Assembly (NCBI RefSeq): GCF_000189295.2
Contig: NC_016803.1
Location: forward strand, 240,001 to 272,000
Length of the DNA stretch: 32,000 bases
Reading direction: 5' to 3'
From: Pseudodesulfovibrio mercurii
Lineage (GTDB): Bacteria; Desulfobacterota; Desulfovibrionia; Desulfovibrionales; Desulfovibrionaceae
In this document: positions 7,303-15,430 of the stretch, piece after piece
How positions within the stretch are numbered: position 1 is the stretch's first letter
Layout of the letters: each line of letters starts with the position of its first letter
The notes under the pieces: model-generated
What the model saw: the letters and a program-made list of their open reading frames with translations, nothing else
What the model was told of the DNA's origin: nothing
Databases searched by the model: none
Position numbers and translations under genes: made by a program

Positions 7303-8571
7303 ATGGCGGGCGCAATGGACCTGCAACGAGAAATCTTCGCCTGTCTGGCCTTGAAGCACACCCCCGGCCTGGGGCCGAAGGTGTGGCGGGAGCTGTTCGC
7401 CGCGTACCCGAGCGCCTTCGACGCGGTGCGCGACGCGCCCGCCTGGCACGACCGGGGGCTGTCGGCCAGGAAGCTGGCCAGGGCCTGCGCCCGCGAGGAC
7501 TGGCGGGGAAAGGCCGAGGCCGAGTACAAGGAGGCCCGGCGGCTGTCCATGGACGCGGTCACCTGGTTCGATCCCCGGTTCCCCGACTCCCTGCGCCAGA
7601 TTCCCGATCCCCCGGCCCTGTTCTATGTGCGCGGGGACACGTCCCTGCTCGGCAATCCCGGCGTGGCCGTGGTCGGGGCCAGGGAGTGCACCCGGCTGGG
7701 GCTGGAGACCGCCGGACGCATCAGCGCCCAGCTCTCGAAGATCGGCATCACCGTGATCTCGGGGCTGGCCCTGGGCATCGACCGGCAGGCCCACCTGGGC
7801 GGGCTCAAGGGGATCGGCTCTTCCATCGCGGTGCTCGGCTGCGGCCTGGACGTGGACTATCCCCCGGGCAACGGCGACGTGCGCCGGGCGCTCTACGACA
7901 AGGGACTGGTCGTCACCGAGTATGGGCCGGGCGTCCGGCCCAGGGGCGGGAATTTCCCGGTGCGCAACCGGCTCATCAGCGGGTTGTCCTTGGGGGTGCT
8001 GGTGGCCGAGGCCGCCCACAACAGCGGCAGCCTGATCACCGCCCGGCTGGCCGGGGAGCAGGGCAAGGACGTGTTCGCCGTGCCCGGTCCCATCGGGCAG
8101 CCGACCTTCACCGGATGCCACCGCCTGATCAAGCAGGGGGCCGCCCTGGTGGAGTCCGCCTCGGACATCGTCGAGATATTGCGTTATGATTTCGCCCGCG
8201 AACTGGCCCACGTGCCCGACCCGGCCCCGTCCGAGGAGGAGATCGGGGTTGACGTGGACCGGGCCGTGGTCAAAAAGAAGAGGGCGCTTGCCGTACCCGA
8301 AGAGGGGGGAGGGCGCCCGAGGCGGCGGGTCTCCCTGGTGGACCGCGAGGCCCTGGACCTGAACGGGGACGAGAAGCGCGTCCTGGACCTGCTCGACGGT
8401 GCGGACAAGATGCACATCGACGCCCTGGGCCGGGAACTGGGCTGGGACTCGCCCACGGTCAGCCGCGTGCTGCTCCTGCTGGAGATGCGCGGCGCGGTGC
8501 GCCAGTTGCCCGGCATGTGGTACCTGGCCAGGGAAGACGAACCCGCCGACGGCGGATCATTTGAAGACTAA
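7303..8571 (+). CDS. dprA: DNA-processing protein DprA (Smf)
   Basis: N-terminal helix-hairpin-helix-like segment LKHTPGLGPKVWRELF. DprA Rossmann core: GVAVVGARECTRLG, VISGLALGIDRQAH, GGNFPVRNRLISGLS, SLITARLAGEQGKDVFAVPG. The C-terminal winged-helix tail is VLDLLDG...VSRVLLLLEMRGAV. The start is uncertain (GTG 7267, ATG 7303 or ATG 7315). Confidence 0.9.
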   Translation: MAGAMDLQREIFACLALKHTPGLGPKVWRELFAAYPSAFDAVRDAPAWHDRGLSARKLARACAREDWRGKAEAEYKEARRLSMDAVTWFDPRFPDSLRQIPDPPALFYVRGDTSLLGNPGVAVVGARECTRLGLETAGRISAQLSKIGITVISGLALGIDRQAHLGGLKGIGSSIAVLGCGLDVDYPPGNGDVRRALYDKGLVVTEYGPGVRPRGGNFPVRNRLISGLSLGVLVAEAAHNSGSLITARLAGEQGKDVFAVPGPIGQPTFTGCHRLIKQGAALVESASDIVEILRYDFARELAHVPDPAPSEEEIGVDVDRAVVKKKRALAVPEEGGGRPRRRVSLVDREALDLNGDEKRVLDLLDGADKMHIDALGRELGWDSPTVSRVLLLLEMRGAVRQLPGMWYLAREDEPADGGSFED

Positions 8572-8586
8572 CCATTTGAGGATATT

Positions 8587-8859
8587 ATGGATTGGAAATT
8601 GCTCGCAACCACCTTCGGTACGCTGTTCGTGGCCGAACTCGGGGACAAGACGCAGCTGGCCTGCATGCTCATGACGGCCAAGACCCAGAAGCCCTGGACC
8701 GTGTTTCTGGGCTCGTCCCTGGCCCTGGTCCTGGTCAGCTTCCTGGGGGTCATGTTCGCCCAGTTCATCTGCCAGTACGTGCCCACGGACATCATCAAGA
8801 AGATCGCCGCCGTGGCCTTCGTGGTCATGGGCTGTCTGATCTTCTTTGATAAGATTTGA
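8587..8859 (+). CDS. single-domain UPF0016 (GDT1/TMEM165/MneA-like) cation transporter subunit
   Basis: 90-aa protein with 3 predicted TM helices and the family signature E-x-G-D-K-T (AELGDKTQL) in the first helix. GAGGA lies 5 nt upstream of the ATG. Confidence 0.85.
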   Translation: MDWKLLATTFGTLFVAELGDKTQLACMLMTAKTQKPWTVFLGSSLALVLVSFLGVMFAQFICQYVPTDIIKKIAAVAFVVMGCLIFFDKI

Positions 8860-8933
8860 TAAGCGGGGTTGTGGGAAGGGCGGCCGCAGTGTATCTACGG
8901 TTTGAACTCCCGATCCCGCAGCCCGAGACCGCC

Positions 8934-9326
8934 ATGCAGAAGATACCCATCAACCTCGCCGCTCCCGGCATGAAGCTGGCCAAGGCCGTGACCAAGGAAA
9001 ACGGCATGACCATCATGGCCGAGGGCATGGAATTGACCGAAAGCCTGATCTCGCGGCTGGAGGGCATGAACATCGAGCGCATCACCGTGCAGGGCCACCC
9101 CGTGGAGATGGGCGGGACCGGAGCCGGCACGCATTGGGGCGAGCGGCTGGACCGGCTGGACCACCTGTTCCGGCAGTATGCCGAGGACAAGTGGATGCTG
9201 CGGGTCAAGGAGCGCATGCGCCAGTATTTCCAGATCAAGGCCGCGGCCCAGGAAGCCCGGATGCAGGCCATGAAACAGGCGGAGGGCGGCGACGCCCCTG
9301 CGGAAAACGGCGGAGAGGACGCATGA
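8934..9326 (+). CDS. small soluble protein of unknown function, translationally coupled to the HDOD gene
   Basis: The ORF is open from 8856, but the most plausible start is ATG 8934 (MQKIPINLAAPGMKLAKAV...). A beta-rich N-terminal module is followed by a helical K/R/E/Q-rich tail. The stop overlaps the next start (ATGA at 9323-9326). The start is uncertain because there is no clear SD. Confidence 0.6.
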   Translation: MQKIPINLAAPGMKLAKAVTKENGMTIMAEGMELTESLISRLEGMNIERITVQGHPVEMGGTGAGTHWGERLDRLDHLFRQYAEDKWMLRVKERMRQYFQIKAAAQEARMQAMKQAEGGDAPAENGGEDA

Positions 9327-10162
9327 ACGGCGACGATCTGAAGACCCAGGTCAAGGGCGAGATCCTCCAGGTCAAGGACCTGCCGACCCTGCCCCACGTC
9401 CTGGACAAGATCACCCAGCTGGTGGAGGACCCCGAGGCCTCCACCGAGGCCATCGCCAAGGTCATCTCCACGGATCAGGTCCTGTCGGCCAAGGTCCTCA
9501 AGATGGTCAACTCGCCCATCTACGGCTTTCCCGGCCGGATCAGCTCCATCCAGCACGCCCTGGTCCTGCTCGGCTTCAACGTGGTGCGCGGCATCATCAT
9601 CTCCACCTCGGTCTTCGACATGATGGTTCAGGCCATGAAGGGGCTGTGGGAGCACTCGCTGGGCTGCGCCACGGCCTGCAACATCATCGCCCGCCGGGCC
9701 GGGTTCGAGGACCCCGAGGAATACGCCGTGGCCGGGCTGCTTCACGACCTGGGCAAGGTGGTCACCGCGGTCCAGCTCCCGGACACCCACGCGGCCATCC
9801 TCGACACGGTCAGGACCAGGGACCTGACGTATTTCCAGGCCGAGAAGGCCGTGCTCGGCTTCGGCCACGACCGCATCAACGCCTGGCTGGCCCGCCACTG
9901 GGGGCTGCCGCCGAACATCCGCGAGGCCATGACCCGGCATCACGCCCCGCAGCTGGCCGAGTTCTACAAGCCCATGTCCTGCGTGGTCCACCTCGGCGAC
10001 TTCCTGGTCCGGCTCCTGGAGTTCGGCAACTCCGGCGACGACCAGACCGCCTACCTCCGGCCCGAGGCCCTCATCGAGCTCAAGTTCCGCATGAGCGACC
10101 TGGACAAGGTCATGGACGAGATGGCCGGACAGCTCCTCGAGGTCTCGGACCTGACCCTCTGA
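9323..10162 (+). CDS. HDOD domain-containing signalling protein
   Basis: HDOD pattern LPTLPHVLDKITQLVEDPEASTEAIAKVISTDQVLSAKVLKMVNSPIYG...IQHALVLLG...WEHSLGCA...AGLLHDLGKVV...HDRINAWLARHWGLP. The start ATG overlaps the upstream stop. Confidence 0.85.
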   Translation: MNGDDLKTQVKGEILQVKDLPTLPHVLDKITQLVEDPEASTEAIAKVISTDQVLSAKVLKMVNSPIYGFPGRISSIQHALVLLGFNVVRGIIISTSVFDMMVQAMKGLWEHSLGCATACNIIARRAGFEDPEEYAVAGLLHDLGKVVTAVQLPDTHAAILDTVRTRDLTYFQAEKAVLGFGHDRINAWLARHWGLPPNIREAMTRHHAPQLAEFYKPMSCVVHLGDFLVRLLEFGNSGDDQTAYLRPEALIELKFRMSDLDKVMDEMAGQLLEVSDLTL

Positions 10163-10220
10163 TTATCCTTTTTTTGTCAATTTTTTCACTGCGGTTTGGT
10201 GTTTTATGTCCGTTGTGAAA

Positions 10221-10247
10221 TAATTGTGTAATTTTTTTGTCCGATAA
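10221..10247 (+). promoter_or_regulatory. possible sigma-28 (FliA)-type promoter upstream of the chemoreceptor gene
   Basis: TAATTGTG-N11-TCCGATAA compared with the enterobacterial consensus TAAAGTTT-N11-GCCGATAA: -10 element 7/8, -35 element 4/8, correct spacing. It lies in an AT-rich 335-bp intergenic region, about 250 nt upstream of the ATG. Confidence 0.3.
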
Positions 10248-10497
10248 TCACGTCGGTTAGGCTCGTCCGATGCGTTGTTGGGATTCATTATCCCATGCGT
10301 CGATTGACCGATCAATGTGGTTAAGTTATCAGATTCCATAGATATTCACGCCGCAAGGTGCCGGGTGCCGTATATAGGTAGTACGTTGCTCCGCCTGCGC
10401 GGGGCGGTTGTAATCATCGTGATTATAGACCATCCGCTCCCCGGGCGCATCCGTGACGCGGCGGCGTCATCCATCCACAGCATGGCGAGGCGGTGTT

Positions 10498-12924
10498 ATG
10501 CTCTCATTCGTTCGGCGACGGCTTTCCCTCAAGTTGCTCATCCCCCTGTGTCTGGTCATCGTGGCCGGCATCGGCGGCCTGGTCTGGTACGTGACCCAAT
10601 CGACCTTCGGCATGGCCTATGACGAGGCCGTGCATTCGGCCCAGGAGCAGGCGGTCTCCGCCGCGCGCTCCCTGGGCATCTTCGTCAAGGATCAGCGGGC
10701 CATGGCCCGGATGCTCTCGCGCAATCCGGACATGCTCGCCGCGGTGCAGGGCGCGCCCGAGGCGGCCCAGGACGCCTGCGCGACCATCGTCGGGGCCAAC
10801 CCCACCCTGTGGGGCGTGGAGGTCTTCGACGCCGAGGGCCAGGTCAAGGCCGGGGCCAACTCGAGCGACGTCAAGATGGTCGGCCTGTTCGTCGCCTCCC
10901 GGCGGTTCGCCAAGGAGGTCCTCAAGGGCAACGACACCGGGGTCATGGACAAGACCATCGTCTCGGACCGCAAGTCCGGGGCGCACATCTTCAGCATCAG
11001 CTATCCCATCCGCGACCCCGAGGGACAGGTGCTGGGCGGGGTGGTCCTGTTCTGCTCCTGGGACGCCTACGTGGAGCAGTTCGTGGCCCCGGTGACCATC
11101 GGCAAGGCTGGCTACGGCTTTGTCCTGGACGGGGACGGGCGCTTCATCCGCCATCCGGACGAGACCCAGTTCCGCAAGGACGCCAGCGGGTTCGAATTCG
11201 TCAAGCGGGCCATGGACATGAAGCAGGGAGTCGTCGAATACGACTGGGAGGGCGACCGCAAGGTCATGGCCGTGGCCACGGAACCCGTGACCGGCTGGCT
11301 CGTGTGCATGAGCGACTCGGTGGACGACATCGCCTCGGTGGCCGTCCGCCAGGGCGAGGTCATGAAACTGACCGGCGCCGGGCTGATCCTGGTGGTCATG
11401 GTCCTGGTGCACCTCCTGCTGACCATGTTTGTCTTCCGTCCGGTGAAGAAGACCGTGGCCATGGCCGAGGCCACGGCCCACGGTGACCTCGCCCAGACCT
11501 ACGACAAGAACGAGAACGGCGACGAGATCGCGGGCATGCAGTCCGCGCTCATCGACATCCGCCGCACCGTGCGGGCCATGACCCAGGACTTCGCCGAGGT
11601 GGCCAAGCGCATAGAGCGCGGCCACTTCACGGCGCGGGGCGACGCCGATGGGTTCGAGGGGGAATTTTCCAGGCTCATCAAGGGCACCAACTACATGCTC
11701 GACGACATGGTCAACCTGCTCGACGAACTGCCCCTGCCGCTCATGGCCATCTCCAGGGACCACTCCATCCTGTTCATGAACAAGGCGGGCACGGCCCTGG
11801 GCGGCGTGGAGCGGGAGGAACTCGTCGGGACCACCTGTTCCGACTACTTCCTGACCGGCGACTGCAACCCGGACAAATGCGCCTGCGACCGGGCCATGCG
11901 CGGCCGGGAGATGGTCTTCTCCAACACCGAGGCCCATCCCGGCGCCCGGTCCTTGGAGATCGACTATTTCGGCATGCCGCTGCTGGCCGAGGACGGCGAG
12001 GTGCTCGGCGCGGTCAAGATCATCATGGACCAGACCGAGATCCGCCGGGTCCAGCGCGAGATGTACGAGACCGCCACCCAGGCCGATTCCGTGGCCTCCA
12101 TGCTGTCCGCCGCCTCCCAGGAGCTGGCCGCCCAGGTGGAGCAGACCACCCGTGGCGCGGAGCGGCAGCAGGCCATGTCCGCCGACGTGGCCTCGGCCAT
12201 GGAGGAGATGAACGCCACGGTGATCGAGATCGCGCGCAACGCCGCCAACGCCGCCCGGAACGCCGAGCAGATGCGGGCCAACGCCGTGCGCGGGGGCGAG
12301 GCGGTCACGGCCGTGGTGGATTCCATCGAGCTGCTGCGCGGCCGGGCCGGGCTGGTGGACCAGAACATCCGCGAACTCGGCTCCGAGGTCCAGGCCATCG
12401 GCGCGATCATGACCGTCATTTCCGACATCGCGGATCAGACCAACCTGCTGGCCCTTAACGCGGCCATTGAGGCCGCACGGGCCGGGGACGCCGGGCGCGG
12501 CTTCGCCGTGGTGGCCGACGAGGTCCGCAAGCTGGCCGAGAAGACCATGAACGCCACCCAGGAGGTGGGCGGGGCCATCAAGTCCATCCAGGACGGTACC
12601 CGCCGCAACCTGGCCGCCTTCGAGAACGCCACCGAGGCCATCGACCAGTCCACGGAACTGGCCTCCAAGGCCGGGGAGGCCCTGGAGGACATCCTCAAGG
12701 TGGTCAAGGTGGCGGACGACCAGATCCGGGGCATTGCCACCGCCTCCGAAGAGCAGGCCGCGGCCACCTCCGAGGTCGGCCGGAGCGTTGAGGAGGTCAA
12801 CACGGTCTCCAGCGAGATCGCCGGGGCCATGACCGAGTCCTCCTCCGCCGTGGGCGACCTGGCCCGGCTGGCCGAGGAACTCAAGCAGATCACCACGCGC
12901 GTGGGCGGCGAGGACGGAGTCTAG
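10498..12924 (+). CDS. methyl-accepting chemotaxis protein (TM - double Cache-like periplasmic domain - TM - HAMP - PAS - MCP signalling domain)
   Basis: Start ATG 10498 ([24 protein letters not shown] = TM1). A periplasmic region of about 270 aa is followed by TM2 ([19 protein letters not shown]), a HAMP domain and a PAS-like module ([18 protein letters not shown]...). The signalling hairpin core is highly conserved: [41 protein letters not shown]. Confidence 0.92.
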   Translation: MLSFVRRRLSLKLLIPLCLVIVAGIGGLVWYVTQSTFGMAYDEAVHSAQEQAVSAARSLGIFVKDQRAMARMLSRNPDMLAAVQGAPEAAQDACATIVGANPTLWGVEVFDAEGQVKAGANSSDVKMVGLFVASRRFAKEVLKGNDTGVMDKTIVSDRKSGAHIFSISYPIRDPEGQVLGGVVLFCSWDAYVEQFVAPVTIGKAGYGFVLDGDGRFIRHPDETQFRKDASGFEFVKRAMDMKQGVVEYDWEGDRKVMAVATEPVTGWLVCMSDSVDDIASVAVRQGEVMKLTGAGLILVVMVLVHLLLTMFVFRPVKKTVAMAEATAHGDLAQTYDKNENGDEIAGMQSALIDIRRTVRAMTQDFAEVAKRIERGHFTARGDADGFEGEFSRLIKGTNYMLDDMVNLLDELPLPLMAISRDHSILFMNKAGTALGGVEREELVGTTCSDYFLTGDCNPDKCACDRAMRGREMVFSNTEAHPGARSLEIDYFGMPLLAEDGEVLGAVKIIMDQTEIRRVQREMYETATQADSVASMLSAASQELAAQVEQTTRGAERQQAMSADVASAMEEMNATVIEIARNAANAARNAEQMRANAVRGGEAVTAVVDSIELLRGRAGLVDQNIRELGSEVQAIGAIMTVISDIADQTNLLALNAAIEAARAGDAGRGFAVVADEVRKLAEKTMNATQEVGGAIKSIQDGTRRNLAAFENATEAIDQSTELASKAGEALEDILKVVKVADDQIRGIATASEEQAAATSEVGRSVEEVNTVSSEIAGAMTESSSAVGDLARLAEELKQITTRVGGEDGV

Positions 12925-12951
12925 GCCCGACCGCCGCGATCACGACCTTTC

Positions 12952-12990
12952 GAACCCTCCCGCCGACCCAGGCGGGAGGGTTCTTGCTTT
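12952..12990 (+). terminator. rho-independent terminator of the chemoreceptor gene
   Basis: GAACCCTCCCGCC-GACCCA-GGCGGGAGGGTTC forms a perfect 13-bp stem followed by TTGCTTT. It begins 28 nt after the stop codon. Confidence 0.8.
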
Positions 12991-13017
12991 GACGTCCCCC
13001 CGGACCGGTGCTAGATT
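12989..13017 (+). promoter_or_regulatory. possible sigma-70-type promoter giving a leaderless or near-leaderless mRNA
   Basis: TTGACG, a 17-nt spacer, then TAGATT. The -10 element ends 6 nt before the ATG at 13024, and there is no convincing SD in between. Confidence 0.25.
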
Positions 13018-13023
13018 CCGGAA

Positions 13024-13986
13024 ATGAACCAGACCCTTGAAGAATCGCTGTTCCAGCGCAAGCAGACCGGCTTCCTGCTCTCCCCGGACAAGTCCCTGGC
13101 GGAGATGCTGCGCAGGCTGTGGTCCCCGGAAGTCCTGGAGTTCCGGGTCTTCAACAAGGGGGCGCGGGCCATCGAGCTGATGTTCACCGACCCGCCCGAC
13201 CTGCTGGTGGTGGACAACCGGCTGACCGACATCGCCGGCCGCGAGGTGGCCAACCTGGTCAAGAGCGAGAACGTCTACCGCCAGCTGCCGGTGGTCATGT
13301 GCGTGGACCCCATCGACGTGGAGGAGCCCTGGAACTGGAACCAGGTGGAGGTGGACGACTTCCTGGTCCGGCCCTTCAACCCGTCCGAGGTGCGCGACCG
13401 CATCAACCTGACCCTGTGCCGGGCCATGCGCGCCCTGGACGCCAACCCCCTGTCCAAGCTGCCGGGCAACACCTCCATCATCCAGCGCATCCAGCAACTC
13501 ATCGACAACGGCGACGACTTCGCCCTGGCCTACTGCGACCTCGACTACTTCAAGTCCTACAACGACAAGTACGGGTTCTCGCGCGGCGACGAGGTGCTCA
13601 TGATGGCCGCGCGGGTCATCGTCAACACCATCCGCAGCTACCAGGGGGTGTCGAGCTTTGTGGGCCACGTGGGCGGCGACGACTTCGTCTTCATCCTGCC
13701 GCCGGACAAGGTCGAGGACGCCTGCAAGCGGATCATCAAGGCCTTCGACGAGATCGTGCCCCATTTCTACGACCCCGAGGACCGCAAGCGCGGCAACATC
13801 ACCTCCATCGACCGCGAGGGCAACACCAAGGTCTTCCCGCTCATGGCCATCTCCCTGGCCGTGGTGGTCAACACCGACCGGCGCATCGAGCACTACGGCG
13901 AGGTCTCGTCCATCGCCATGGAGCTGAAGAAGAAGGCCAAGGCGGACCCCAAGAGCAGCTATGTCATCGACCAGCGCAAAGCGTGA
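13024..13986 (+). CDS. response-regulator-like protein with degenerate REC domain and GGDEF-family domain carrying GGDDF
   Basis: The REC-like N-terminus has an Asp in LLVVDNRLTD, but SPD replaces the acidic pair, PVVMCV replaces the Thr/Ser position and VRPF replaces KPF. The C-terminal nucleotide cyclase fold has CDLDYFKSYNDKYGFSRGDEVL and HVGGDDFVFIL. Confidence 0.85.
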   Translation: MNQTLEESLFQRKQTGFLLSPDKSLAEMLRRLWSPEVLEFRVFNKGARAIELMFTDPPDLLVVDNRLTDIAGREVANLVKSENVYRQLPVVMCVDPIDVEEPWNWNQVEVDDFLVRPFNPSEVRDRINLTLCRAMRALDANPLSKLPGNTSIIQRIQQLIDNGDDFALAYCDLDYFKSYNDKYGFSRGDEVLMMAARVIVNTIRSYQGVSSFVGHVGGDDFVFILPPDKVEDACKRIIKAFDEIVPHFYDPEDRKRGNITSIDREGNTKVFPLMAISLAVVVNTDRRIEHYGEVSSIAMELKKKAKADPKSSYVIDQRKA

Positions 13987-14911
13987 CGGCCAGGGCGAGT
14001 TCGTCCGGGGCTTCCTCGCCTTCCTCGAGGTGGAGAAGGGCTATTCCCCGGCCACCATCCGTTCCTACGGCACCGATCTCGAACAGTTCGAGGAATTTCT
14101 CCGGGGGCGCAAGGCCAGCCTGGAGCGTCCGGCCCGCCTGAACCGCGACCACGTGCGCGGCTTCCTGGCCGAGCTGCACCGCCGGCAGATGACCAAGACC
14201 TCCATGGGCCGCAAGCTGTCCAGCCTGCGCGCCTATTTCAAGTACCTCCTGCGTCACAAGGTCATCACCAAGGACCCGGTCGCGGGCATCCGCAACCCCA
14301 AGCAGGAGAAGCACCATCCCCAGGTGCTCAACGTGGACCAGGCCGTGTCCCTCATGGAGGCGCGGGTTGAGCCGGACCCGGAAGGACTGCGCGACGTGGC
14401 CCTGGCAGAGGTTCTGTACGGCTCCGGGCTGCGCATCAGCGAGGCCATCGGCCTGGACCTGAACGACGTGGATTCGGACGTCATCCGCGTGACCGGCAAG
14501 GGCAGCAAGGAGCGCATCGTGCCCCTGTCCGACGCGGCGGTGGCGCGTATCCGCCGCTACCTGGGCCAGCGCCATGCCTTTCTCAAGGGCAACTACGCCG
14601 AGCAGGCGCTGTTCCTCAGCTCCCGGGCGGGCAAGCGGCTGGACCGGCGGCAGGCCAACCGCATCGTGGCCAGGCTGGGCAAGCTCGCCGGGCTGCCCCT
14701 GGACGTGCATCCGCACACCCTGCGCCACAGCTTCGCCACCCACATGCTTGAGGCCGGGGCCGACCTGCGTTCCGTACAGGAACTCCTGGGCCACGAGAAC
14801 CTGACCACGACCCAGCGCTACACGCATCTGGACATGCAGCGCATCATGCAGGTATACGACCACGCGCACCCGCTGGCGCACGCCGGCGATACCGACACCA
14901 ACGAAGACTGA
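13961..14911 (+). CDS. xerC: tyrosine site-specific recombinase, XerC/XerD family
   Basis: SAM-like N-domain FLAFLEVEKGYSPATIRSYGTDLEQF. Catalytic residues are in GLRISEAIGL (Arg), HPHTLRHSFATH (HxxR) and LLGHENLTTTQRYTH (His, Tyr). I cannot assign XerC versus XerD from sequence alone. The ATG overlaps the upstream gene by 26 nt. Confidence 0.85.
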   Translation: MSSTSAKRDGQGEFVRGFLAFLEVEKGYSPATIRSYGTDLEQFEEFLRGRKASLERPARLNRDHVRGFLAELHRRQMTKTSMGRKLSSLRAYFKYLLRHKVITKDPVAGIRNPKQEKHHPQVLNVDQAVSLMEARVEPDPEGLRDVALAEVLYGSGLRISEAIGLDLNDVDSDVIRVTGKGSKERIVPLSDAAVARIRRYLGQRHAFLKGNYAEQALFLSSRAGKRLDRRQANRIVARLGKLAGLPLDVHPHTLRHSFATHMLEAGADLRSVQELLGHENLTTTQRYTHLDMQRIMQVYDHAHPLAHAGDTDTNED

Positions 14912-14923
14912 CGGAGATCCCAC

Positions 14924-15430
14924 ATGGAAAATCCCCTGGTCCTTCTGGAGACCCCGGAAGGCGAAATCCTCATCGAACTGTTCCCGGACAAGGCCCCCAA
15001 GACCGTGGAAAACTTTCTCAAATACGTGGACGACGAGTTCTACGACGGCACCCTGTTCCACCGGGTCATCAAGGGCTTCATGATCCAGACCGGCGGCCTG
15101 ACCTTCTCCATGCAGGAAAAGGAGACCCGCGAGCCCATCGAGAACGAGGCGACCAACGGCCTGAAGAATCTCAAGGGCACCGTGGCCATGGGCCGCCTGC
15201 CCGAGCCGCACAGCGCCACCTCCCAGTTCTACATCAACGTGGCCGACAACCCGGACCTGGACCACACCGGCACGGACGACGCCGACTTCGGCTACTGCGT
15301 GTTCGGCGAGGTCGTGGACGGCATGAACGTGGCCGAAAAGATCAGCAAGACCCGCACCCACTCCTACCAGGGCTTCGACGACGTCCCCAAGGACCCGGTC
15401 TCCATTATCACCGCCCGGCGGTTCGAGTAA
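14924..15430 (+). CDS. ppiB: cytoplasmic cyclophilin-type peptidyl-prolyl cis-trans isomerase
   Basis: 168 aa with no signal peptide. Cyclophilin motifs FHRVIKGFMIQTGG, KGTVAMGR and SQFYINV are present. GGAG lies upstream of the ATG. Confidence 0.92.
   Translation: MENPLVLLETPEGEILIELFPDKAPKTVENFLKYVDDEFYDGTLFHRVIKGFMIQTGGLTFSMQEKETREPIENEATNGLKNLKGTVAMGRLPEPHSATSQFYINVADNPDLDHTGTDDADFGYCVFGEVVDGMNVAEKISKTRTHSYQGFDDVPKDPVSIITARRFE

Noticed and set aside
10317-10622. 101-aa ORF in the chemoreceptor leader
   Set aside because: It begins in the AT-rich non-coding leader and runs out of frame into the mcp coding region. It has no SD and the translation is implausible.
13961-14911. Tyrosine recombinase as the integrase of a genomic island or prophage
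   Set aside because: There is no flanking tRNA, direct repeats, phage or transposon genes, and no compositional shift. The domain layout and length fit housekeeping XerC/D.
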